A DNA stretch of 64,000 bases from an uncultured Gemmataceae bacterium (GTDB taxonomy: Bacteria > Planctomycetota > Planctomycetia > Gemmatales > Gemmataceae). Below the pieces are notes generated by a model. It made no database searches. It saw only the letters and a list, made by a program, of their open reading frames with translations, and was not told where the DNA came from. Shown piece by piece: positions 1-11,231 of the stretch. The position numbers and the translations under genes were made by a program. The DNA lies in assembly GCA_963750165.1 (NCBI GenBank), contig CAVVPN010000003.1:2560001-2624000 (forward strand). The letters run 5' to 3'. The number at the start of each line of letters is the position of its first letter. Position 1 is the stretch's first letter.

Positions 1-3000
1 AGCGGCACGGTCCTGGGCACGTCCGGCGTCACAGTCGCCCCGGGTGCCACCCTGACGCTGGACAACACGGCCGCCAACCTCAGCCGCCTCGGTGCCGCCA
101 CCAACCTCACCCTCAACGGCGGCACTTTCAACCTCCTGGGGACCGCCAACGCTGCGACCACCCAGGCCCTGGGCGCCGTCACCGTGGGCGCCGGCAGCGC
201 GACCGTCCAGACAACCGCTGGTAGCGGCGGCACGGTCGCCCTGACGATGGCGAGCTTTAGCCGCAGTGCCGGCGGCAACGTCAACTTCGTCGCCGGCGGT
301 GGCCAGACCCTCGGCAGCGCCGCCAATCAGGTCGTCATCAACCAGGCGACCACGACCACACTGACCGGCGGCGGCGTCGGTATCCTGAAGGGCGCCACCG
401 TGACCGACGCCACCACGACCGTCACCGTCGGGGCGGGCACCGCCAACTCCGGCGGCCTCAACCTCGTCACGGCCCCGACCAGCGCCACCGCCACCAGCCT
501 GGCCGCCCTGACGAGCTACCAGTCGTTCAACCTGGGCGGCAATTCCTCGGGCGACAACGTCTTCGTCAACCAGACGGGAGCGCAGGCGGTGACGGGCGCC
601 AGCGTGGCCAACGCCTACCTGTTCCGCACCGACGGCCTGAACCTGACCGGGGCGTTCACCCTCACGCCGGCCTCGGGCATGTTCGTGTTCGCCGACACGG
701 GCAACACCGGCAACACCATCGCCGTCAATCCGAACTTCGGCGCAACCGAAGGCGTCTTCCTCACGGCCAACGTCGCCGGCGCCACCGGCGTCACCACCGT
801 CAGCGGAGCCATCCCGGCCACGTCCACCGCGGGCCTGACGTTCGGCGGCAGCGGCACCCTCGCCCTGACCGGGGCCGACGCCTACACGGGGACGACCAGC
901 ATGACCGCGGGCACGCTGATCCTGGGAAGTGCCACGGCGGTTGGCCCCGCCGCCGACACGTTCTCCCTCATCGGCGGCACGCTCCAGTCGCTGGCGAATC
1001 CGACCGTGACGGCCACCATCACCGCGGCCAGCGAGACCGGCAACCTCGTGACGTTCTCGACGACGGCGACCACCCTGGCGGTCAACCAACCGGTCACGAT
1101 CGCGGGCGTGACGACGGCTGGCTATAACGGCAATTTTGTCATCCAGGCTTTCACCTCGGGCACGTCCTTCACCGTGTACAACCCTCTCACCGGCCTGGCC
1201 GCTTACACCGGGAGCGGCAACGTGAGTCTCCCCTTCGCCATCACCAACCCCATCCAGCTGAATTCGGGCACGAGTCCGGTTACGTTCGGCGGCTCCAACG
1301 CACTCACGCTCAGCGGGGCGGTGTCTGGGAGTGGTTCCCTGAACGTGGCCGGTGCTGGTGCTCTCCTGACCTCCACGGTCGCCAACACCTACACCGGGAT
1401 TACCACGGTGAGTGGGGGTCAACTGGTGGAGACGGGTGCGGTCGCCGCCTTCGCGGGCCAACTGGTGGTCAAGAGCGGCGGTATTTTTAACAGTTCCAAC
1501 AACAACGCCGCGGTCCTGGGCTCGGCCGTCAACATCACGATCAACCAGGGCGGCACCTTGCTGATGACCAATTCAAGCACCCTCAGCGGCAACTTGATCC
1601 TCAACGGCGGCACCTTCACCGGACTGTCTACCACCGCAATCACGCTGGGTGCCAACTTCGGCAATGTGATCGTCCTGGCCAACGCCACGACGTCAACCAT
1701 GAATTTTGGCACCACCACCAGCGGCCTGGTCCTGGGTGGCGCGAACGTGATGCGCGATTTCATCGTCGCCGCCGGCGGAACCCTGGATGTTCAAACCCCC
1801 ATCACCAACAGTGCCGCCTCCGCCGGGTTGAACAAGCTCGGCGGCGGCACCCTGCAATTTTCAGGTACGGTCGCCGACACGTTTGCCGGCCTCACCACGG
1901 TGAACGAGGGCACGCTGCTGCTCGCCAAGGGGGCGGCGGTGGCTGCCCTGACCGGGGGCCTGGTGGTCGGTGACTTCAACGGCACCGACACGGTGCGGGT
2001 GACGACCAACTTCGCCCAGATGGGCAGCGCCCCTGTCATTGTCAACGGTTCCGGCACCTTCGACATCAGCGGCTCCACCACAGGCCAGACCGTCGGCAAC
2101 CTGGACGTGCGCGGCGGTGTCGTGAAGACCACCGGCACCAACAACAACACGCTGAGCGTGGGCGCCACCGTCACCGGCCTGACGGCCGGGACGACGGGCA
2201 CGATCAGCGGCAACCTGGCCCTGACGGCGGCCACGGCGATCAACACCGCCGACAGCGGCGCCGTCCCGGCTCTGTCCATCTCGGCGGTGATCTCGGGCGC
2301 CGAAAACCTCACCAAGGGCGGTGCCGGCACGCTGACCCTCAACGGCACCGCGATCAACACCTACACCGGCACCACGACCGTCAACACCGGCACTCTGCTG
2401 CTCGACGACTCGGCCGGCACGGCGGTGCCTGGCACCCTGACCGTCGGCGACTTCCTTGGCGGTTCAGGCGCCGCCAAGGCGGATGTGGTGCGTCTGCTGG
2501 CCCCGACTCAGACGCTCACCTTCGGCGGCGTCACCGGCGGCAACTTCACGCTGACGTTCAACGGCCAGACCACGAACACCATTTCCTGGAGCGCGACCGC
2601 CGCCACCCTGGCGAGCAACATCCAGAGTGCTCTGGCGGCGCTCACCAACGTCGGCGCCGGCAAAGTTACGGTCACCGGCACCGGGCCGTTCACGGTGACC
2701 TTCGCCAACACCGTGGCCAATCCGACGCCGCTGGTGGTGGCTAGCAACGGTCTCACCCCGGCCGGAGCGACGCTCACCGTGGCCTCCGCCGTCAACCAGA
2801 TCGCCCTCCCCGCGACGGTCACGGTCAACAACTCGGGCCTGCTGGACCTGAACGGCAGCAACAACACCATCGGCAACGGCGCGGTCACGGCCCTGACCCT
2901 GACGGGCGGCAGCGTCACCACCGGGGCCGGCACGCTGACCCTCGGCGGCAACGTGGCCGGCGTGGCCAACGCCACCAACATCACTCCGGCCAGCATCAGC

Positions 3001-6000
3001 GGCAACCTGAACCTGGGCGGCGTCACACGGGCGTTCGACGTGCAGCCCGGTGCCCTGGTCAGCCAGAACCCGAACACCACGCTCCTGGACGCGAACGACC
3101 TGGTCGTCAACGCCGCCATCAGCAACGGCGCCCTGACCAAGAACAACACCGGCGCGCTCCAACTCACCGGCACCAACACCTACTCCGGTTCGACCACGGT
3201 CAACGCCGGTATCCTGCTCGTGGACGGCACGCAACCGAGCAGCCCGGTCGCGGTCAACTCCAACGCGACCCTGGGCGGCACCGGCACGGTGGGCATGTTG
3301 ACTGCGCTGGGCGGCACGGTCAACCCCGGCGACCCCGTGTCCAGCACGGGCACGCTCAGCGCGACGACCAGCGGCAACCTCAGCAGCGGCAGCCTGACCG
3401 TTGAGATTGCCGGTTCGACAGGCCACTTCACCAGGGACGTGCTCAACCTGGGCAGCGCCGTACTGACGCTGGGCGGCACCTCGATTCTGGACCTCGACCT
3501 GTCCGGCCTGACCACCACCACCGGCGGCCCGATCACCATCATCCAGGACGGCGGCACCACCGGGACGTTCAGCGCCGTCAACGTGCTGAACAACCCGAAT
3601 GGCTTCACGGCCATCGTGGGCTACACGGCCAACACGGTGACGGTGAACGTGGTCACGACCGCCACGCACCTCGGTGTCAACGTCCCGGCCACGGCCACGG
3701 CGGGCAGCCCCTTCACCTTCACCGTGACGGCGCTGGACCAGTTCAACAACCCGGTCTCGGGTTACCTGGGGACAGTCCATTTCACCAAGAGCGACAGCGG
3801 CACCGGCTCGGCCGTGCCCGCCGACTACACCTTCGTTGCCGGCGACCACGGTTCGCACACCTTCACGAACGGCGCCACCTTCGTGACCGCCGGCAACCAG
3901 ACGCTGACCGCCACGGATACCACGACCAGCAGCATCACCGGCACCAGCAGTGCCGTCAGCGTCAGTGCCGCGGCGGCGACGCACTTCAGCGTCACTGCGC
4001 CTGGCAGCGCCACGGCGGGGACGGCCTTCAGCTTCACGGTGACGGCCCAGGACCAGTACAACAACGCGGCGACCGGCTACGCAGGCACGGTGCATTTCAC
4101 CAGCACCGACAGCGCCGCCACCCTGCCGGCCGACGCCACTCTGACCAACGGCACTGGCACCTTCAGTGCCACCCTGCGCTCCAGCGGCAGCCAGACCCTG
4201 ACTGCCACCGACACGGTCACCAGCACCATCACCGGCACGAGTGGCGCGATCAGCATCCCTCTTACCCCCGCCACACACTTTGTGGTCAGCGCCCCGAGCA
4301 CTGCCACGGCAGGCGGTTCGTTCACCTTCACGGTGACGGCCCTGGACGCCTCCAACAACCCAACCTCCGGCTATACCGGCACGATCCACTTCACCAGCAG
4401 TGACGGCCAGGCCGTGCTGCCCGCCAACGCCATGCTGACGAACGGCGTCGGCACGTTCAGCGCCACGCTGAAGACTTCGGGCAGCCAGACCCTGACCGCC
4501 ACCGACACGGTGACCAGCAGCATCACCGGCACCAGCAGCGCCATCACGGTCAGCGCCGCCGCCGCCACCCACTTCGTGGTCAGCGCCCCGAGCAGCGCCT
4601 CGGCGGGCGGCGCCTTCCTGGTCATGGTGACGGCGCAGGATCAGTTCAACAACGTGGCGACCGGCTACAGCGGCACGGTCCACTTCACCAGCACGGACAC
4701 CAGCGCCATCCTGCCGGCGAACACCACCCTGACCAACGGCACCGGCTTCTTCGTCGTCACGCTGAGGACCACTGGCAGCCAGACGGTCACCGCCACCGAC
4801 ACGGTGACCAGCACCATCACTGGCACCAGCGCCGCCATCAGCGTCAGCGCCGCCGCCGCCACCCACTTCAGCGTCACCGCCGCCGCCACGGCCACCGCCG
4901 GGACGGCCTTCAGTTTCACGGTGACGGCCCTGGACCAGTTCAACAACACGGCCGTTGGCTACACCGGGACGGTGCATTTCACGACGACGGACAGCGGCAG
5001 CGGCGCGGCGGTGCCCGCGGACTACACCTTCGTGACCGGCGACAGCGGCGCCCACACTTTCACGGGCGGCGTCACTCTCGTCACCGCCGGCGCCCAGACG
5101 CTCACCGCCACCGACACGGCCACCGGTTCCATCACTGGCAGCGCCACGATCACCGTTGCCGCCGCGGCCGCCACGCACTTTACGGTCAGCGCCCCCGCCA
5201 GCGCCACCGCCGGGGCACCGTTCCTGGTCAACGTGACGGCGCTGGACGCCTTCAACAACACGGCCACCGGCTACAGCGGCACCGTCCACTTCACCAGCAC
5301 CGACGCGGCGGGGACGCTGCCAGCCAACAGCACCCTGAGCAACGGCAGCGGCGTCTTCATCGTCACACTGAAGACGGCCAGCAGCCAGACGGTCACCGCC
5401 ACGGACACGGTCACCGGCTCCATCACCGGCACCAGCAGCGCGATCGCAGTCAGCGCCGCCGCGGCGACACACTTCACGATCATCGCCCCGAGCAGCGCCA
5501 CGGCCGGCAGCGCCTTCAGCTTCCTGGTCACCGCGCTGGACGCCTTCAACAACACGGCGACGGGCTACACCGGCACCGTCCACTTCACCAGCTCGGACGC
5601 TCAGGCCACGCTCCCGGCCAACGGCACCCTGATTGGCGGCACCGGCTCCTTCAGCGCCACGCTCGCGACCGCCGGCAGTCAGACCCTCACCGCCACCGAC
5701 ACGGTGACCAGCAGCCTCACCGGCACCAGCAACGCCATCACTGTCGTCTCGAACGCCGCCGTGACTCACTTCGCCGTCAGCGCCTCCCAGCGGCGCCACG
5801 ATAGGCAGTCCCTTCAACTTCACAGTGACGGCCCTGGACGCGAACAACAACGCGGTGCCGGGGTACGGCGGCGTTGTGCATTTCACCAGCACCGACGGCG
5901 CCGCCACCCTGCCGGCCAACACCACCCTGACCGGCGGCACCGGCACCTTCAGCGCCACCCTGCAGACAATCGGCAGCCAGACGATCACGGCCACGGACAC

Positions 6001-9000
6001 CACGACCAGCTCGATCACCGGCACCAGCAACGCCATCACGGTCAGCGAAAGCACGGCGACGCACTTCAGTGTCAGCGTCCCAGCCACGGCCACGGCGGGC
6101 AGCCCCTTCAGCTTCACGGTGACGGCCCTGGACGCCTTCAACAACCCAGTCAGTGGCTACAGCGGCACCGTCCACTTCACCAGCACCGACATCCAGGCCA
6201 CCCTTCCGGCCAACACCACCCTGACCAATGGCACCGGCACCTTCACGGTTACGCCCAAGACCGCCGGCGCCCAAACCCTGACCGCCACCGACACCACCAC
6301 CAGCAGCATCACCGGCACCAGCAACACGGTCACGGTCAGCGCCGCGGCGGCCACCCACTTCACGGTCAGCGCCCCGGCGAGCGCCACGGCGGGCAGCGCC
6401 TTTAACTTCACGGTCACGGCGCTGGATCAGTTCAACAACACGGCGACGGGCTATACCGGCACCGTCCACTTCACCAGCACGGACGCCAACGGCACCCTGC
6501 CGGCCGACGGCACCCTGACCAACGGCGCCGCCACCTTCAGCGCCACCCTGCGCACCGCCAGTAGCCAAACCCTGACGGCCACGGACACCGTGACCAGTAG
6601 CATCACCGGCACCAGCAACACGATCACCGTCGCCGCCGCGGCGGCCACCCACTTCACGGTCAGCGCCCCGGCGAGCGCCACGGCCGGCAGCGCCTTTAGC
6701 TTCACGGTGACGGCGCTGGACCCGTTCAACAACACCGCCACCGGCTACACCGGCACGGTGCATTTCACCAGGACGGACAGCGGCAGCGGTTCGTCGGTGC
6801 CCGCGGACTACACCTTCGTGGCCGGCGACAACGGCGCCCACACCTTCACAGGTGGCGCCACCCTCGTCACCACCGGCGCCCAGACGCTCACCGCCACCGC
6901 CACCACCACCAGCAGCATCACCGGCACCAGCAACACCATCACCGTCGCCGCCGCGGCGGCCACGCACTTCAGCGTCAGCGCTCCGGCCACGGCCACGGCG
7001 GGTGGCGCCTTCCTCTTCACGGTGACGGCGCTGGATGCGTTCAACAACACCGCCACTGGCTACTCTGGCACGGCGCACTTCACGAGCAGCGACGGCCAGG
7101 CGGTCCTGCCCGCCAACAGCACCCTGAGCAACGGGACGGGCGCCTTCGTCGGCACGCTGAAGACTGCCGGCGCCCAGACGGTCGCGGCCACGGACACCGT
7201 GACCAGCACCATCACCGGCACCAGCAACACGATCACCGTCGCCGCCGCGGCCGCCACCCACTTCACGGTCAGTGCGCCGGCGAGCGCCACCGCGGGCGCG
7301 GCTTTCAGCTTCACGGTCACCGCACAGGATGCGTTCAACAACACGGTCGCTGGCTACACTGGCACGGCGCACTTCACGAGCAGCGACGGCCAGGCGATCC
7401 TGCCCGCCAACAGCACCTTAACCAGCGGCACCGGCACCTTCACCGCCACCCTCGAGACGGCAGGCAGCCAGACCCTGACCGCCACCGACACGGTGAGCAG
7501 CAGCATCACCGGCACAAGCGGCACCATCGCCGTCAGCGCCGCCGCCGCCACCCACTTCAGCGTCAGCGCCCCGGCCAGCGCCACCGCGGGCGGCGCCTTC
7601 AACTTCACGGTCACGGCCCAGGATGCGTTCAATAACACGGCCGCCGGTTACAGCGGCACCGTCCATTTCACGAGCAGCGACGGTCAGGCCGCCCTGCCCA
7701 TTAACAGCACCCTGAGCAGCGGCGTGGGCACCTTCAGCGTGACGTTGAAGACCGCCGGCAGCCAGACCCTGACCGCCACCGACACCGTCACCAGCACCAT
7801 CACTGGCACCAGTAACACGATCACCGTCGCCGCCGCGGCCGCCACGCACTTCAGCGTCAGCGCCCCGGCCAGCGCCACCGCGGGCAGCGCGTTCAGCTTC
7901 ACGGTCACGGCCCTGGACGCCTTCAACAACACCGCCAGTGGCTACACCGGTGTCGTCCACTTCAGCAGCACCGATGGCCAGGCGGCCCTGCCCGCGAACA
8001 ACACCCTGAGCAGCGGTGTGGGCACCTTCAGCGCTACGCTGAAGACCGCCGGCGCCCAGACCCTCACCGCCACCGACACCGCCACCAGCTCCATCACCGG
8101 CACGAGTGGGTCCGTCAGTGTCAGTGCGGCGACACTGAACCACTTCCTGGTCAGCGCCCCGGCGAACGCAACGACGGGCACGGCAATCACCTTCACCGTC
8201 ACTGCCGTGGATGCGTTCAACAACTTCGCCGCAGGCTACAGCGGCACGGTCCACTTCACCAGCAGCGACGCCACCGCCGTTCTGCCGGCCGATAGTCCCC
8301 TGACCAACGGCGTCGGCACCTTCAGCGCCACCCTGAACACCAGCGGCAGCCAGACCCTCGCCGCCACCGACACCGTCACCTCCTCCCTCACCGGCACCAG
8401 CGCCGCCATCGCCGTGCGCGGCCTGGTGGTGACCGCCTTCACGCCGACGCTCACCGGCTTCACCGTCGCTTTCAGCAAGCCGTTCGTCAACAGCAGTGCC
8501 AGCCCGCTCAACCTCTACGACGCCGGCTCCGCCGGCTACGGCGCCGCCGATGTCACCCTGGTCGGCTCCGGCGGCATTGGTACGGTCAAGGGTTCGCTGC
8601 TCATCGACCCCAGCAACCAGAGCTTCACCTTCCTCAAGACCGACCTGGTCACCGGCGGCGGCACCTCCGGCCTGCTGGCGGCCGGCACCTACACCGTCAC
8701 CCTGGTCAGCGGCGCCACCGCCTTCAAGGACGCCACCGGCGCCCCCCTGGACGGCAACAACGACGGCGTCAACGGCGACAGCTACGTCACCACCTTCACC
8801 GTGGCGGCTAGCACGGCGGTCGCCGTCACCGTGCCCGACTTCGCCCGCGGCCCCGACGCCACCGACCCGATCAACGTGCCCAACAACAGCACCAACGGAA
8901 TCCCCATCGCCCTGAGTAACGGCGCCGGCGTCACCGACGGCACCTTCGTGCTCAACTACAACGCCAACCTGCTGACCATCACCGGCGGCACCGTCAACAC

Positions 9001-10318
9001 CGCGCTGACCGGGGCCACCTTCACCGTCAGCACTTCCGGCAGCGGCACCAACGCTCAGGCGACCATCACCTTCCACACTCCGACGGCGCTGGCGTCCGGG
9101 GTGGTACGGCTCGGCGGGCTGGCGGCCACGGTGCCCGCGAACGCCCCCTACAAGGCGAAGGAGTTGCTCCACTTTGGCAGCCTGTCGCTCAACGGCGGGG
9201 CGATCACAGCGGTCGGCGACGACGGGGTGCATGTGGTGGCCTTCCTGGGCGACACCTCGGGGGACGGCACCTACACCAGCGCCGACAGCGTGTTGATCTC
9301 GAACGTGGCGGCGGCCAAGGACAGCGGTTTCGCCGCCTACCCAATCCTCGACCCGGCCATCGTCGGCGACATCACCGGCGACGGCCGCATCACCTCGGCG
9401 GACGCCACGGCGCTGAACCTGTACCTGAACGGGACCGCGTCCACCCTGGTGCCGCCATATCCCGGCGTGCCGGCCAACATCCCGGCTGGCCCTGATCCGG
9501 CGTTGAGCATCCCCACCGACCTGCGGGCGGGGCCGGGCGGGACGGTGACGGTGCCGGTGAACATCGACGACCCGCACCCCAGGGGCAGCACAGGCATGAC
9601 GCAGGCGCTGCTGGCGTTGACCTACGACCCGGCCGTGTTCGCCGTGTCGGCGGCCGACATCCGGCTGGGCAGCGTGCCGGCCGCGGGCACGGGCTGGACG
9701 CTCCAAACCCGGGTGGACGCGGCCACGGGCCAGATTGCCATCATCCTGTTCAGCGTCACGCCGATCACCAGTTCGGCCGGCGGCAGCCTGGTGACCATCG
9801 ACTTCCACGTCAAGCCCGGAGCGGCGCCCGGAGTCAGCCCGATCAACCTGGCGGCCGAGGTCAACCCCAACGGTCAGGGAGCAGTCCGCACGGCGGTCGA
9901 TGACAACCAGGGGCCGTACACGCTGACCCCGGCGCCGACCGACGCCCCCACCGACCCGGGCGTGGACGGACTGGTGCAGCTGATCGCCGCCGACCCGGTA
10001 TCGGCGACCCTGGACAAGGGGGCGACGGGCGCCGACGGAACCCAGGCGGGAGCTTTCGTGTTCTCCGGTTATGGGGTCGCCGTCCCGGCGGTCAACCCGG
10101 TGCTGGTGGTGACGACACCCACGGCGGGCAATGGTCTGCCCTGGGTCGGGGGCGCTGCTCAGAAGCTGGCGGATCGGGTGTTCCTCGACCTGGCTGGCGG
10201 GACGGACGGCACGAACGGCCCGGCGCACGCGGTTCGGACGCCGCACGAGTGGGATGCCCTGCTCTGGGACGGGGCGGGTGAAACCGACTGGGCGGCCGAC
10301 CTCGGCCACACCGGTTGA
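1..10318 (+). CDS. Giant secreted adhesin (5'-partial): autotransporter-associated beta-strand repeats, 16 Ig-like repeats, SbsA-like Ig domain, cohesin-dockerin-cohesin C-terminus; one frameshift at ~5785
   Basis: Frame 1 is open from base 1 (SGTVLGTSGV...) and carries LTKxGxGTLxL..NTYTGxTTVNxGTL passenger repeats. Removing one base at 5783-5785 (agc gcc t ccc agc) restores the repeat consensus AVSAPSGATIGSPFNFTVT and joins ORF 184..6405 to ORF 5825..10318. No C-terminal beta-barrel is visible. Confidence 0.9.
3661..8415 (+). repeat. 16 tandem ~98-105 aa Ig-like repeats (ATHFxVSAPxxATAGxxFxFTVTALDxFNN...)
   Basis: Units counted at ~3661, 3976, 4270, 4564, 4858, 5170, 5464, 5761, 6056, 6350, 6644, 6959, 7253, 7547, 7841 and 8135. 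Units 1, 5 and 11 are a longer variant containing DSGxGxxVPADYTFVxGDxGxHTF. Confidence 0.9.
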
Positions 10319-10331
10319 TACAATCAACTAC

Positions 10332-10577
10332 ATGAACGATTTTCGCGACATGGCCTGGGACCCAGAGCACCGCCGCAGCTTTGAAAAGTTGCTGTACCTG
10401 GCCGCCCAGCGCGGCGACGTTGACCTCGTGGCCGAACGACTCTCGTGGGGCATCGACCCCAACTGCGTCTTTTCCAGGGGCCGCACTCCGCTGATCGCCA
10501 ACGTGCGCGGCTCGAGCCCCAGCGCGGCGACGGTTCGCGCCTTGCTGGAACGCGGCGCCATCGTCGATGTTCTTTGA
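10332..10577 (+). pseudogene. Truncated ankyrin-repeat protein
   Basis: LYLAAQRGDVDLVAERLSWGIDPN...GRTPLIA...TVRALLERGAIVDV gives about two ankyrin repeats. The ORF ends abruptly where a convergent toxin remnant begins. Confidence 0.6.
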
Positions 10578-10741
10578 TTTCGCCACTTTCGATGTCAGCG
10601 GAACGGTCATCACCAGCCCGGCCAGCCCGGCATTAAAGGAGTCGTCGCTCACCACCAGCACGGGCCGTTGCCCGGACTGCTCATGCCCGCGTCCGGTTCC
10701 CAGATCGGCCAGCCAGATTTACCAACTTTTAGGATCGTCAA
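10562..10741 (-). pseudogene. N-terminal remnant of a PemK/MazF family toxin
   Basis: The minus strand reads (TTG)TILKVG-(E)IWLADLGTGRGHEQSGQRPVLVVSDDSFNAGLAGLVMTVPLTSK, a classic MazF N-half. One base is missing at ~10720, the C-half is absent, and no antitoxin is seen. Confidence 0.75.
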
Positions 10742-10798
10742 CGTCCTGTTATCCCCATTGTCATGCTTGCCGCGCCCAACCATCCGACCCATCCTGGC

Positions 10799-11010
10799 GC
10801 GGTTCGCAGTGGTGTGGACCACGAACGGCAGGCCAGTGCTCCCGAGCCGTCCTGCAAACTGCGCGAGCCGCTCCCAGGCTCGAATCTCGACGTGTGAAAA
10901 AGTTGGCCCCCTTGGCCCCCTTGGCCCCCTTGCTGTGGCAGTGCAGGCCGCTGGTGGTCAGCCCGTGCCCGCCGCCCACTCGTGTGCAAACCGTGCGTGA
11001 ACCGCTCTAG
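10799..11010. mobile_element. Degenerate MITE-like element, copy 1 (GCGGTTC...GAACCGCTCTA ends)
   Basis: Left end gcggttcgcagtggtgtggaccac and right end gtgtgcaaaccgtgcgtgaaccgctcta match the ends of the elements at 42090-42207 and ~49864-50019. The interior holds (ttggccccc)x3 at ~10903-10929. Confidence 0.6.
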
Positions 11011-11231
11011 CCGGCCGGCTCGTGGGCGTTCGTGGTCGAAATGGTGGGCAAAGGTGGGGATTTGTGGGCAGCCCGATTTCGGGACCACCGCCGGAGAAAA
11101 TCGATGCATCGTTGCACCGCCGCTCCGTTGGGGTACAATCGCACTATTCCGGTCGCGACCGAACCTCAGCAAGCCCTCCGGGAACGGTCGGACCAAAGCA
11201 ACCCCGCAAGACCCACCCCCACAGGGATTCG

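Noticed and set aside
615..10327. Long and periodic minus-strand ORFs opposite the adhesin (e.g. 2464..6144, 7418..10327)
   Set aside because: Antisense shadows of a GC3-biased repetitive gene; no independent motifs.
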